From Lama glama (lineage: Eukaryota), in assembly GCA_028534125.1 (NCBI GenBank), contig CM052818.1, positions 28,212,001 to 28,276,000 of the forward strand: 64,000 nucleotides of DNA, written 5' to 3'. The position numbers were made by a program, and so were the translations under genes. Below the pieces are notes generated by a model. That model was not told the DNA's origin and ran no database searches. It saw only the letters and a program-made list of their open reading frames with translations. Below, one piece after another: positions 25,238 through 38,249 of this stretch (its first letter is position 1; every line of letters begins with the position of its first letter).

Positions 25238-25960
25238 ATCACCTCACACCAGTCAGAATGGCCATCATTAAAAAGTCCATGAACACTAAATGCTGGAGAG
25301 GCTGTAAAGAAAAGGGAACCCTCCTACACTGTTATGGAAAACTGTATGAAGATTCCTCAAAAACTAAAAATAGACTTACCATATGATCCACCAATCCCAC
25401 TCCTGGGCATATATTTGGAGGGAACTCTAATTTGAAAAGATACATGAACCCCAATGTTCATAGCACTATTTACAATAGCCAAGACATGGAAGCAACCTAA
25501 ATGTCCATTGACAGATGACAGGATAAAGAAGTTGTAGTATATTTATACAATGGAATACTACTCAACCATAAAAAAGAATAAAATAATGCCATTTGCAGCA
25601 ACATGGATGGACCTGGAGAATGTTATTCTAAGTGAAGTAAGCCAGAAAGAGAAAGAAAAAACCATATGATAACATTCAAATCTAGGGGGGGAAAAAAAAA
25701 AGGACACTAACGACTTCATCTACAAAACAGAAACAGATTGTAGACATAAAAAATAATCTTATGGTTACTCAGGGAAAGGGTACAGGAAGGGATACATTTG
25801 GAAGTTTGAGATTTGAAAATGTTAATCACTATATATGAAAATAGATAAAAAAACATTTCTTATGTATAGCACAGGGAACTGTATTCAGTATCTTACAATA
25901 CCCTTTAATGAAAAAGAATATGAAAACAAATATATATGTATGTATGTGTGTGTGTGTATT
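25238..25960 (+). mobile_element. young L1 3' portion ending in (TA/TG)n
   Basis: [19 protein letters not shown] translation; 3'UTR motifs. Confidence 0.92.
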
Positions 25961-25964
25961 TTTT

Positions 25965-26520
25965 TAAGGAGAATAAAGTTGAAATAGTCATACTTCCAGC
26001 TATAATATCTACTATAGGACATGTGGTTAAAATAGTATAGTATTGCACAATAATATACAAATAAATACTTTTAACAAAATTATCCAGAAAAAGACCTACA
26101 CACATATAGACATCACATACACAATTTAAAGTTTTATGTACCCTGTGACCTGGTAATTTTACTCAGCTAAAATTCTTATGTTTGCACGTGCATCAGAAAG
26201 AAAGTATAAGGACAGTGATGGCAGATTTATTGACAGTAGCCTCAACCTGGAAACTTCTCAAATGTTTATCAACAGCCGTATTCTTAGTAAAAGGTACATT
26301 AATGCAATAGAATATTACCCAGCAATGAAAATTAATTAACTACAGCTTCATGAATCATTGTATGAAACTTACAAATATTGGGAGAATAAATTTATAGATG
26401 AATATATACGTTTTTTAAAGTTAGTAAACAGGTACAATTATTTTTAAAAATCTGATAGTGGTTTTCTCTCAGGGTTAAGCAGAGAATTATGACCAGGAAG
26501 GAACAGATACGTGAAGTTAC
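25965..26520 (+). mobile_element. old L1 fragments
   Basis: AGAATAAAGTTGAAA...TACCCTGTGACC...CAGCAATGAAAAT. Confidence 0.6.
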
Positions 26521-26526
26521 TGAAAG

Positions 26527-27042
26527 TGTAATGGTTAATTTGGGGTGTCAGCTTGAATGGGCCATGGGGTGCCCAGATATTTGGTTAAACATTATTCTGA
26601 GTATGTCTGTGAGGATATTTTTGGACGAGATTAACATTTGAATTGGTAGACTGAGAAAAGCAGATTGCTCTCCTTAGTGTGGGTAGGCCTCATCCCATCA
26701 GTTGAAGGCCTGAATATAACAAAAGGGCAGATCTCCTGTGATTAAAAGGAAACTCCTCCTGCCTGAATGTCTTCGATCTGAAACATTGGTCTCTTCCAGC
26801 CTTCAATCTCAAATTGAAAGAGCAGCTTTTCCTAGATTTCAAGTCAGCCAGCCTTCAGACTGGAGCTACACCATCAGCTCTCCTAGATACCCAGCATGCT
26901 TACTGCATATCTTGGGACTTGTCAGCCTCCACGATCAAGTAAACCAATTCCTTATAATAATACGCTCTTTCCCTCTCTCTCAAAGGTCTTTCACCTCCTT
27001 GATCATATCTATTGGTTCTGTTTCTCTGGAGAATGCTAATAG
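26527..27042 (+). mobile_element. MLT2-type (ERVL) solo LTR
   Basis: TGTAATGGTTAATTT...GGGTGCCCAGATATTTGGTTAAACATTATTCTG...CTATTGGTTCTGTTTCTCTGGAGAA. Confidence 0.9.
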
Positions 27043-28439
27043 AGGCAATACTCATTATCTTAAATTAGGGATTCTTGTAAGATTTTTTAACTTCATAATC
27101 ACTCTTCAAAATCTACATATTTTCCTTTCTTCCGTATTACACATTCCTCAATAAAACAAAACATGCAAGTCAAAGAAGTAGTTACCATCTCCGTCCAGAA
27201 TTATAGTTTTGGAATCCCTATCACATATTCTCTGTTGGGGGCTCTTACACCATCTGCCTTTGAATTTTAGTACAGAAATGGCTATCCCACAAATTAAACT
27301 CTTCTCTAGAAGTTAAACTTTCAATTCTCACCAGACACTTTATCATGTTTTTTTTTTCTTACTTCCATTTTTGAAAAATCTCTAATACTTATGGTAGTGA
27401 TTTAATTCGAACAGAACATTGACATATGAATATCTGCTTCTCGTTTAGGTTTCCCCTTACATTCAAACTTGGGTGGAAAAAGGAAACAGAAAGACATCAA
27501 AAGATAAGATCAAAGTTTCTGAGAAAAACATGTTTCTGATGCATTACTTGACTGGATAAATATAGCTCAGCTGGTAAACCCACTTATCTTGAAAGCTCAC
27601 TGTATAGAAGGACCCTGCCATTATTACAAGGGCCTCTGGACATCTTTAAAATCCTTGTAGTTTATGCAACTTTTTGTTTGTAATATATCTCTGGAGAGAA
27701 TATTTAGCTTCTGTCATAGTCTCAAAAGCACCCCGGAAAGATCATGAGGGTTTGCTAGCCCAATTTTTCAGGAATGTAGAGGGTGCTAGTTATGTTGTAC
27801 TATTCTTAAATATTGTATCAGAATTACTAATAGAAAACGAGATTAGGATGGATGATTGGAGAAAGACACAGCCAATTATAGGGACATGACAAACCCCATT
27901 ATACTATCTGTGCCTCAGAAGTGATCACTTGACGCACTCCTATGAGATGTGTTTATAAGTAATCTAGATCATTGTATGTTTAACTCAGGTGTAGAAACCA
28001 GTAGAGAGAGAAAGGATGGCTAATTTTGATTCACTTATATTGTTTCTTGGTTCACAGGATAGATGATGACACAAATTGGAAAACAAATGCTCTAAATGAT
28101 CTCTCTGTTACCTGACATATGGCAAGTGGCTTCCCAGAGTGCCACTTTTCTTTCCAAAAGAATACTAAAGCCCCACAAAAACAGCTCAGTAATTGGAAAT
28201 GTTTATTAAATCTGGTTTGTTTTACGAAATGCCAAGACATGGTTAAATTACACGAAATATGTAGATGGGCCCTTTAACTTATACAGTTCTATAAAAATCA
28301 AAGTATTATAGTTTATTCTCATGGTTTGTTAGGTATCTTTTGCCAGTGAATTGCATTTTTATACATAAACTATAATAAAATTCTTGTTTTAATAAAATAC
28401 ACTTGATTCTAAAGGCATATTGAAAATAATATCACGTTC

Positions 28440-28640
28440 TATGTTTTATCATTGTGTGTGTATCTGTATACACTCAAACACATATGCATACATACAAATG
28501 CATAATATATATACAAAATACATATATAAAGATAAATATGTTTAAGTGAGCTGAAATGGAAAAACATAAGTGTATACATATAAATATATACATATCTGTA
28601 TATATGTATATATAAAATCATTGTTTATAAATTATAATAT
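28440..28640. repeat. TA/CA-rich low-complexity tract
   Basis: seen directly. Confidence 0.7.
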
Positions 28641-30667
28641 CCCTACATAAGTATGGAAGCTCTCATACTTTCAATTACTAGGGTATTGAAAATTATACAA
28701 TACACTCTGTTAGTATTACTAATATTAGGTATTTTACTCAGAGAGCCCAGTTATTTGAAAGATAATTAAACATTCTCAAGTAATTAACTTTAAGTAAAAT
28801 GCACTTCACTCTAAAAATATACTGAAAATATTTGGGGGGGTAACTTTGAGAACATTACAATATCAATGCTTCAGATTAGCATACACAAATCTCTCCTGTC
28901 TTAAATGCTGACATATTAGGTAATAGCTTCACATTCCAGAATGCTTAAGATTAGCATTTATGGTACATTGCAGACCATTCTTATACATAATGTTACAAAA
29001 AACATGTAAATTCAAGAATTTTTCTTCTAGTTTTCTAAAAATAATAACACTTGACATTTTCATTTTGCCTCCAATTGTTCTTGTAGACAATTAAAAACTT
29101 AAAGAGGGAAAATTTATACATATCATCATTTTGATATGAAAATGTGCTAAAATGAGAGAGATACAGTATATGGGCTTACTTCTCATGAAAGTGTTAGGCA
29201 CCATAGTATGTATTTCATTTTTATGTAAGTATATTGTTAGAGAGTAATTCCTCTATAAAAGCTAAAATGTATTTAACTCCAAATATAAAATGGAAAAGTA
29301 AACTAATTGCTAAAGATTCTGGATGCATAATGTTCTAATTTTGTAATTAGAAAAGCAATTTATAAACAATAATTTCAAAGTATTATATGTTTATAGAGTT
29401 GATTATGACCATAACCATACTAATGCCAAAGCTCTTCAGGTCATTAAGATGAAATTAGAAAGGAAGACATAGTCCAAAGAAAAGATCTGCAAGTTCTTTA
29501 ACATTAGAAAGTTTGAATTTCGCTGAAGTGGCGTAAGATTTTTCTTTAAAACATCAAAATTAACTGGTTGGTTCTACACATACAAAACATATTATTACAG
29601 TCTTTGTTACCTATTGTCCCATGACTGAGAACAACCGTCACACAAATTTTTTTCAAACAGCTGATTGTTTATGGTGGGAGGGTGAATTTGATACTCAATT
29701 ATAGACAGAAGCAGAAGTGACACTGAAATGTTTTATCCTTGTGACTCCAAGTAGAAATAAGATAATTCCTCTGTATAAGACAAGAGATTGCAGGAATTAA
29801 ATAAAGGGGGACACTTTTATCATCATCTAAGTTAGAAATTACTGAAACAGAATGCCATAAAAATTCATAGTTAGAAACAGATTAAGAATGGTTTTGTAAA
29901 TTAAATGACTATGTATTATCAGCCCTGTAACTTTAACACATCTTAGTTATGAGAATAAAATAGAGATTGAGTAGCAAAGTAAAAGTAAAAGTGAATTTGC
30001 ATTCTTGTACAGGAAAGCGTAAACAATAAGTTCATGAATAAAAATAGTAAATGTTTAAAAGGGTACTTGAGAGAATAAATTGAGTAAATTCTGAAAAAAA
30101 TGTAAAATGTGTACCCTGAACAATCTGTCATCTGTAGGATGTGAGAATTTGTTGTCTTTCTCAAATATTTATTCATCATATTCCAAAATCCCTTCTAAGT
30201 AAATATTTTTAAATCAATAACTTACATATAGTCTAAAATTAAGAAGAATTTTAAAGCATATTTGCTGTGGAAGTCCACAACTTCCTATTATAATTTCTTC
30301 CGTTTCAGGTGCTAAATTTTCCGACTATCAATTTCTTGTCATCAGATTTTCATTTTAATTTGTTCTTTATCTCAGCATGTGTTCTCCCAGCAAAAGCCCT
30401 ATTCATAGAGCTTGTTCATATAGTGATTGTGTTTTGTGTTTATGTATGTGTATTTTAATAATAGATAAAAATGGAATGTCTAATCTCAACAATATATTGT
30501 TTCTTAAGCAGGATCAAAATACTAAGAACTGAAGTGATGAAATGTTAATGACTGTTTAGGTTTCCTCTAAAAAATAGGACAGAAAGTAGAATGGAATGTT
30601 GGCATCAGGGCCCTAATTTGTACCTGAAATTGAACCATGTAGTAATTGACTGCTCTGCTCAGACACC

Positions 30668-31316
30668 ACTTACCCTATGATCCAGCAATCCCACTCCTGG
30701 GCATATATCCAGAGGAAACTCTGATTTGAAAAGATTCATGCACCCCAGTGTTCACAGTGGCATTATATACAATAGCCAAGACATGGAAGCAGTCTAAATG
30801 TCCTTGGACAGATATATATATATACATATATATATGTATCTGTCAATATAAAATGGAATACCATTTAGCAATAAAAAAGAATAAAATAATGCTGTCTACA
30901 GCAACATGGATGGCCTTGGAGATAGTCATAATAAGTGAAGTAAGCCAGAAAGAGAAAAACTACCATATGATATTACTTATATGTGGAATCTAAACAACAA
31001 AAAAAGAACACAAATGAACTTATTTACAAAACAGAAACAGACTCACAGGCATAGGAAACAGACTTATATTACCTGGAGAGAAAGGGGTGAGGAGGGATAA
31101 ATTGGGAGTTCAGGATTTGTAGATACTAACTACTATATATAAAATAGATAAACATCAAGGTCCTACTGTATAGCACAGGGAACTATTTTCAATACCTTGT
31201 AATAGCCTATTAAAAAAAGAGTATGAAAAAGAATACATATGTATAGAAAATAATCACTATGCTGTATACCAGAAATTAACACAACACTGTAAATCAACTA
31301 TACTTCAATAAAAATT
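30668..31316 (+). mobile_element. L1 3' portion with (TA)n replacing part of ORF2 tail
   Basis: TATGATCCAGCAATCCCACTCCTGGGC...AAATCAACTATACTTCAATAAAAA. Confidence 0.93.
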
Positions 31317-33273
31317 TTAACTCCTAGCATTTAGCATCTAATACTGAGATTACTCAGCCAAACAAAACTTTTCCCAAATATAACCACTGTGCATCAACTT
31401 TGTTCAGAATATAGTCTTCAAAAATATACTGACATTTAGGATTAAATTAAAAATTAAAATGAAAAACCAAAAATGGTCCCAATAGCAATATATTTTAAAA
31501 CTCCCACCTTATTCTTAACTGCACCCAGAATTGAGATCTGTTAGTTTTCATCCTGATTTGAGCTTTTGGTCTTGGTCTTGCTTAGGGTTTAAGTGATTGG
31601 CATTTTTCACCTTAAAACTGGTCTGGTTCATGGTGTGCTGTCTTTAAAACTGTTCTTTAAACAATGCTGCAATTTTACTTTCCTCGATCACAATTTTCAC
31701 TTAATGTAATTAACTCTAAACGATTTTTTGACTGTTTTCAAAATATAAATTAATCCTTAAATGGTAAAGATTTGCTGTCATTATAGACACAGAAAGGAAA
31801 CAGTAATTCCCAAGAGCACTTATGAAACTGTTTTGTGCAATGATAACATTGTTCCAAGGTAACTGAAATGGACCAGTGCTTTTGGAAATGTTCAATCTAG
31901 TGTATTTTAAGTAGTTTTATTATTTTATACTGACCTAATACTACCAATAGGGAAGTATAAATTATAATTTCTCTCAAACATTTCTAGTAATAGTGGAAAT
32001 AGTTTGTATCTTAAAAGTCAGCAATTCAATTCTCCTAAGGTGAAATTGCTGAGACAATTTAGACTGAGTATATGTTTACTGGTGTACTTTTTTTTTTAAT
32101 AAAAACATTAAAATGCAATGGAGAATATGAGATTTCAAGTGACATGTTTAGTATACATAAAGAAATTATTTAAGAACTATAGCCGCATTATAGTTAATTA
32201 AAAGCATTTTTTATCTTATGGTAGAAAATCTTTAAAGGATTTATCTATTTCAAAGTTATTTTATCAGTGAGATTTTTTATGAAATGTAGGATTTTTTAAA
32301 TGTTTGCAATATTTGGAATTATTACACTTTCCAAGTGTAATATATTGACAGGAAGATATCACAAGCAACTATCCATACAAAATTCTATTAAGCTCTCCTT
32401 TAAGGCTAAACATATACACTTCTACTGGAAGTGAAACAGCCACACACATCAGGAGCAGAGGCAGCATCTTTCCGTGGACCATGTCACTGGAGATGCTAAG
32501 GAAGGGTGGTAACTGCCCATGAAAACATAAATGCAAGACAGGTCCTAGTGTGCCACTGTCCTTTGAAACATGGAACTAAAAAATAACTCATGTTCATAAA
32601 GAACTGTCACAGTCTATGCACTTGTACCCTTAGAAAGTGTTCAGTGGTATACATGAACCTCTTAAGCCAGATCCGGCATCAGAAAAGCTGCATCCTCATC
32701 CAGAGCAGAAAGAGTCGGTGCTTCAGAACAAAACCACTGTCTTCAGATTTCTAGAATTATTTCATCTCAATTTTTAATCTTAACTGAGTTGTACTGATTC
32801 TTAGTTTGATCTATTGATCTTAATCCATTTTCCACAAAGACATTAATACTTTCTATCAAATTTGAAAGGTGACTTTCACTTTTCGTATTAATAATTCTTG
32901 ATCACTATACTATTTAGGCCTACAAATATATCAGCCAATTTAAGTTGTATGTACATTACTTTAAAAATGACTATATGGACATAACTAATATGCCTGTTAA
33001 ATTTGACACTGTATCTCAAGTTGCTGGTCTGTTTCAAGTCAATGAATTGGTTTAGCAGCCAGTTATTTTCCCTAGAAATATGACTTTGGGTTTTTTTGTT
33101 GTTGTTGTTTAATTTTGTGCAATATTATGGATCTCTTGTAATATGCAAGAATAAAAAAAAAGTTCACGACTGGAAAATGAAGGTAATTTTTGAGATATAA
33201 AAGTCATTGATTTTTAAGAACAAATACTGCAGTAATGATTGTAGATCCTTTTACTCCTTTTAAAGTTCATCTT

Positions 33274-33988
33274 CTTGGTGCAGCCATTGTGGAAAACAGT
33301 ATGGAGATTCCTCAAAAGACTAGGAATAGACCTACCATATGACCCAGGAATCCGCTCCTGGGCATATATCTAGAAGGAACCCTACTTCAAAAAGACACCT
33401 GCACCCCAATGTTCATAGCAGCACTATTTACAATAGCCAAGATGTGGAAACAGCCTAAATGTCCATCAACGGATGACTGGATAAAGAAGCCGTGGTTTAT
33501 TTATACAATGGAATACTATTCAGCCATAAAAACTGACAACATAACGCCATTTGCAGCAACATGGATGTCCCTGGAGAATGTCATTCTAAGTGAAGTAAGC
33601 CAGAAAGAGAAAAGAAAAATACCACATGAGAGCGCTCATATGTGGAGTCTAAAAAAAAAAACCAAAAAAACAAAAAAACAAAAAAGAACATAAATACAAA
33701 ACAGAAACAGATGCATAGACATAGGTTACAAATTTGTGGTTGCTAAGGGGGAGGAGGGTGGGAAGGGATGGACTGGGAGTTCAAAATTTGTAAATACTGA
33801 CAGTCATATGTAGAATAGATAAACAAGATTATACTGTATAGCACAGGGAAATACATACAAGATCTTCTGGTAGCTCACAGCGAAAAAGGATGTGACAATG
33901 AATATATGCATGTGCTCTACATGAATTTGACACAACATTGTAAAATGACTATAACTCAATAAGAATGTTTAAAATTTTTTTAAAAAAT
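33274..33988 (+). mobile_element. young 5'-truncated L1 with TSD
   Basis: ORF 33409-33693 is ORF2p tail; TSD AAAGTTCATCTT (33262-33273) and AAAATTCATCTT (33989-34000). Confidence 0.95.
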
Positions 33989-34504
33989 AAAATTCATCTT
34001 GTTATTCTATACACATTTCAAACATTTGAAATGGCACATTTTGAAGAAAATCTATTACTTATTTTCACTGACTACAATTCATTAAAAACCTCAATCTGAA
34101 ATATTTAATATATTTGTGCAAACTGCAAGACAAAATTTTACTCATAATTCAGCAATCTTATTGTTAGCAAGTGATGATCTAATCAATAAGATTGTTAAAT
34201 CTGTATTACTTTCTCTGTCTAAATGATAATCTCTTTGTGAAGTCAGTAGCCCCTCTGAGGAACAAAAGTGAACAGATTTTAAGAGTCCTGGATATCCAGA
34301 AATTTTATGTATGTGTATCTGCAATACACATGCATGCATATACACATATTCTTATTCTGGTAAGAGACTTTAAATTAAATATTTGACCCAAGAAAGACTA
34401 AGAAGTACTGGACTGCTTTTGCATTTTGCTAGAATGTGTCGCATTTACACCAGAGATACGATGAGAGAGAAAATGCCTTTTCCATTTCATCCTACTGCAG
34501 AGCT

Positions 34505-34638
34505 AAGATGACTATTTATCCTCGTTTATCCAAATAGTCCAAATTTACACCTACCGTCCCCTCTTAACTACTAATAAAGGTTTACTTTGCTGTCCAGAAT
34601 GTCCCAGTTTAGACGATAAATTATATGGTCACTCTTAT
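34505..34638 (-). mobile_element. MER94-like hAT-Blackjack MITE
   Basis: imperfect terminal inverted repeats; reverse strand begins AGAGTGACCATATAATTTATCGTCTAAACTGGGACA. Confidence 0.75.
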
Positions 34639-34639
34639 A

Positions 34640-34850
34640 AACACTGAATCTGAAACCAAACTGTCTGGGGTCAAATTTCAGCTCTAACACTTTGTAGGTA
34701 TGTAACCTGAGACAACTTAGTTAAATATTCAGTTTCTTCTGCTGTAAAGCAAAGTTAGTATCTTCACTAATACCTGCTTCATAAGGGCTGCTATAGTAAG
34801 TACGTTAATGTTTTTGAAATTTCAAGAACAATGGTTATACATGTAATGTA
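34640..34850 (+). mobile_element. MIR SINE
   Basis: CTGTCTGGGGTCAAAT...TGTAACCTGAGACAA...TCAGTTTCTT...TAATACCTGCTTCATAAGG. Confidence 0.7.
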
Positions 34851-34957
34851 TATGTTTTTAAATAAATTGCAAGTTGTAAGGAAATTAGTTGGTTTATATT
34901 GTTGATATCAAGCAAAACTTTCTAATTTTCTACCTTCATGTCTTACCTAATTTTTAA

Positions 34958-35815
34958 CCTTTGTCTGACTTTGGTATCAGGCTAACTCTGGCCTCATACA
35001 ATAAATTTAGAAGTGTTCCCTCTTCTTCAATTTTTTGAAAAAGTATGCAAAAGATTGGAATTAATTATTTAAATATTTGCTAGAATTCAGTAGGGAAACC
35101 ATCCGGTCCTGGGTTTTCCCTTGCTGGGATATTTTTGATTACCAATTTAATCGTCTTACTTGTTACTGATCTGTTCAGATTTTCTATTTCTTCATGACTT
35201 AGTCTTGGATAAAAATCATATGATCACCTCAACAGATGAAGAAAAAGTATTTGACAAAATGCAACACCTTTCCATGATTAAAAACTCTCAATAAACTATG
35301 TTTAGAACAAATTTACCTCAACAGAATAAAGGCCAGGTAAGAAAAGCCCACAGCTAAAATCATATTCAATAGTAAAAAACTGAAAGCTTTTTCTCTAAGA
35401 TCAGGAACAAGGAAAGGATGCCCATTCTCATTAGTCCTACTTGACATAGTACTGGAAGTCCTAGCCAGAGCAATTAGGCAGAAAAGGAAAGAAAATGTAT
35501 CTAAGTAGGAAAAGAATAAGTAAAATGATCTCTACTTGTAGATGACATGGTTTTACATGTAGAAAACCCAAAGACTCCACAAAAATCTCTTAGAACTAAT
35601 AAACAAATTCAGCAATGTTGCAGGAGACAAAATCAGGATATAAAATCTATTGTGTGTAGTTTCAGTTATTCAGTGATTACGGGTAGTGGGTTCTAGAGAT
35701 CTGATGTACAACAGTGCACCTATGGCTAACTGTACTGTATTGTACACTTAATGTCTGTCAAGAGCATAAATGTCATATTGAGTCTTCTTACTATAATAAA
35801 AAATTTAAAAAAACA
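34958..35815 (+). mobile_element. L1MA-like element with 5' inversion (34958-35208 antisense) and internal deletion near 35660
   Basis: antisense ORF2 piece, then sense KNHMI.S.D.EK.FDK.QH region, then 3'UTR TTCTAGAGATCTG.TGTACAAC and A-tail. Confidence 0.85.
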
Positions 35816-35824
35816 CCAAACCCT

Positions 35825-36760
35825 GCCTTTACAAAGACACCACTAGGAAAATGTAAAGACAGGCCACAAATTGGAATAAAACATACATAGACAATACACA
35901 ATCTGGTAAAAGACTTCTATTCATAATATAAAAAAACAAACAACATAATAGAAATTTGGAAAATATATGAATAGACATTTCACTTGAAGATACTATATGA
36001 ATATTCATGAAATATGTTGAACATCATTATTCATTAGAAAAATTAAAATAAAAACCACAAGTTACTATTACACATATATTTGAATGGCTAAAATTAAAAA
36101 TCAAAACGAGAACCAAAAAACAACGAAATTACCAAGTCCTGGGGCATACATATTGCAAAACAATGTATACATTTGCTGGTGGGAATGTGATATCCTTCAG
36201 GCACTTTGGATTGGTAGTTTCTCATAAAGTCAAACAAAGACTTACATTACTCAGCAGCCTCACTCCTAGATTTTTTTCTCAAAATAAAATTGATATTCAT
36301 AAAAATTCTATACATATCTTCCTCTAGCAGCATTATTCATGATACCCCTAAACTGAAAACAGCCTAAATGTTTTTTTTCAACTGGTGAAAGTTTAAATAA
36401 AATGTGGTACATCAAAGAATGCAAAAGCATCAAACAATAAAAAGGAAAACAACTACTTATACGTACAGTGATTTGAATGAATCACAAATTTATTATGCAA
36501 AGCAAATGAAGTCATATTCATACTATTTTATGCCACTTACATGACATTCTGGAAAAGCCAAAACTTTCTGGACAGGAGACAGTTCAGTGGTTGCCAAGGG
36601 CTGGGATTGGTAAAAAGGGATGAAAGGAAGTTGGGACATTTAGAACTACTCATCTTGAGCATGACAGGTGTTTAAAAACTATATGTGTTCATCCTAAGTC
36701 ATAAATCTATACACAAATACGTGAATTTTGCCTTAGCAAATCTGACGTTGAAAAACTGCC
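35825..36760 (+). mobile_element. old L1 3' region
   Basis: TATGAATAGACATTTCAC...GTTGAACATCATT...TGACATTCTGGAAAAG...CAGTGGTTGCCAAGGG. Confidence 0.8.
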
Positions 36761-37019
36761 AAAATTTAGTAGTGAAATATATTCTTAGTGTATATAAGTT
36801 GTGCTACTGAATTTTTTCATAAAGAGATCTTCTTAAAGCTTATTTTTTTGTATCTTGTCAAAAATAGACTTGTTTTTGTTTATTTTTGACATTGAAAATA
36901 AAAGCTTAGCAAATTACAGTGATTCTATACTCATGTTAAAATACTGAGATACTGGAATTATTAGTATTATTTTTGCAGTCAGGGTGTTACTAAGAAATGA
37001 ACATATCAGCATGACATAA

Positions 37020-37290
37020 AATCAACTTAGTTTCTCATTTCAACTCTGCCACAATATGGATAAAATTCAATAGTGACGTTGTGACATTTAATTAAGTCAT
37101 GTACTGAAAGCACTTGTCACAAAGCCAGCATTTCTTAGGTACTCGGGAATAATTAAATCTTCTCTACTGTAAATGAGGCAAATGAACATATGCCTCAGTA
37201 ATTTATTCCAAGGTCACAGCTAGTAGTTAGTGAATGGAGAACCTAAACTCAAGTTTCTGACACCACATTCCATGATGTCTGCACATACAC
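37020..37290. mobile_element. MIR fragments
   Basis: AGTTTCTCATT...GAAAGCACTT; CCAAGGTCACAGCTAGTA. Confidence 0.5.
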
Positions 37291-38249
37291 TACTTCCCCT
37301 AACTCTTTACTGTGAACTAATCTTTGTTTCATTGAAAAGTGGTGTCTTCTGGAAAGCTGATTACAAGACACCTGCATGAAAATTGACTAAATTAGTAATC
37401 ATTGTATTAAAATAGAAAGATTAGAATGAAGAATATTAGAAGAAAACTATTCTTTTTTTAAAAAAAATATTTCTTTCATTATACTGGCAATAATAAGACT
37501 GAGTTATCTATTTCTCAAGGTTTTTCTTCTGTTTTAAAAAATATATAGGCCACTTCATAAAATGAACAAAATGTTTCTTAAGAAACTTTTTTCTAACACT
37601 GCTTCTATTATATAATCAGTGTTAATAATGCAATACTAATAAGATTTGCAATAATAATGCAATACTAATAAGATAAATACTACTAAGTATTTTAATGAAG
37701 CAGAAAGGATATTATTAAGACTTCCTTAAATGTTTTGTTTTATGAGGCTCAACAAAATAACTAATATAAATGTAGTACTCTATAGTTTACAAAGTACTTT
37801 TCATATTACAAGAAATTAACCCTATATAATAGTGGCCAATTGACTCCATAAAGTAAATTATAATTAGTGTTATTATTATTTCCTATACTTCATTGCAAAT
37901 GTAAGATGTATTCAACAATCTACTCAGAGCACTGAAATAACAACTCCTTATGAAAATGGGGCTCTGGAAGAAGTGGGCTGTCTATGTAAATGGCTAGACA
38001 ACCTTCACTCTCCAAGCCAAGAACATAGCAAGAAAGATAGTCTCTTCTTAGGCTTTTGTACATGGGGGAAAAGTGCCTTCCAAGAAGATAAAACTCTAAC
38101 CCCTCGTCTCTTCATGCATGTGGCATTCAAATTTACTCTACCCTAGTGACTGAGAAATAAAACACTGATGCTATACCAGTGAAAACACTGGGTGGTAATT
38201 AAGGCTAATGCAAACCTTCTCTGAAGAAACCTAAAACCAGATCACACAG

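Noticed and set aside
26738..27154. 138-aa ORF
   Set aside because: Mostly within the MLT2 LTR; chance ORF
27555..27600. TATAGCTCAGCTGGTAAA as a tRNA or tRNA-SINE A-box
   Set aside because: No B-box or cloverleaf follows
28060..28120. C/D snoRNA (ATGATGA...CTGA)
   Set aside because: Too short, with no convincing terminal stem or guide sequence
1646..33693. ORFs containing [22 protein letters not shown] (1646, 14238, 15094, 18103, 30748, 33409 and others) as host genes
   Set aside because: They are L1 ORF2p C-terminal remnants in truncated elements; none is a full ORF2
34142..34254. Minus-strand exon with LRR-like SLANNKIAEL
   Set aside because: In-frame stop immediately after, a single motif only and a weak donor
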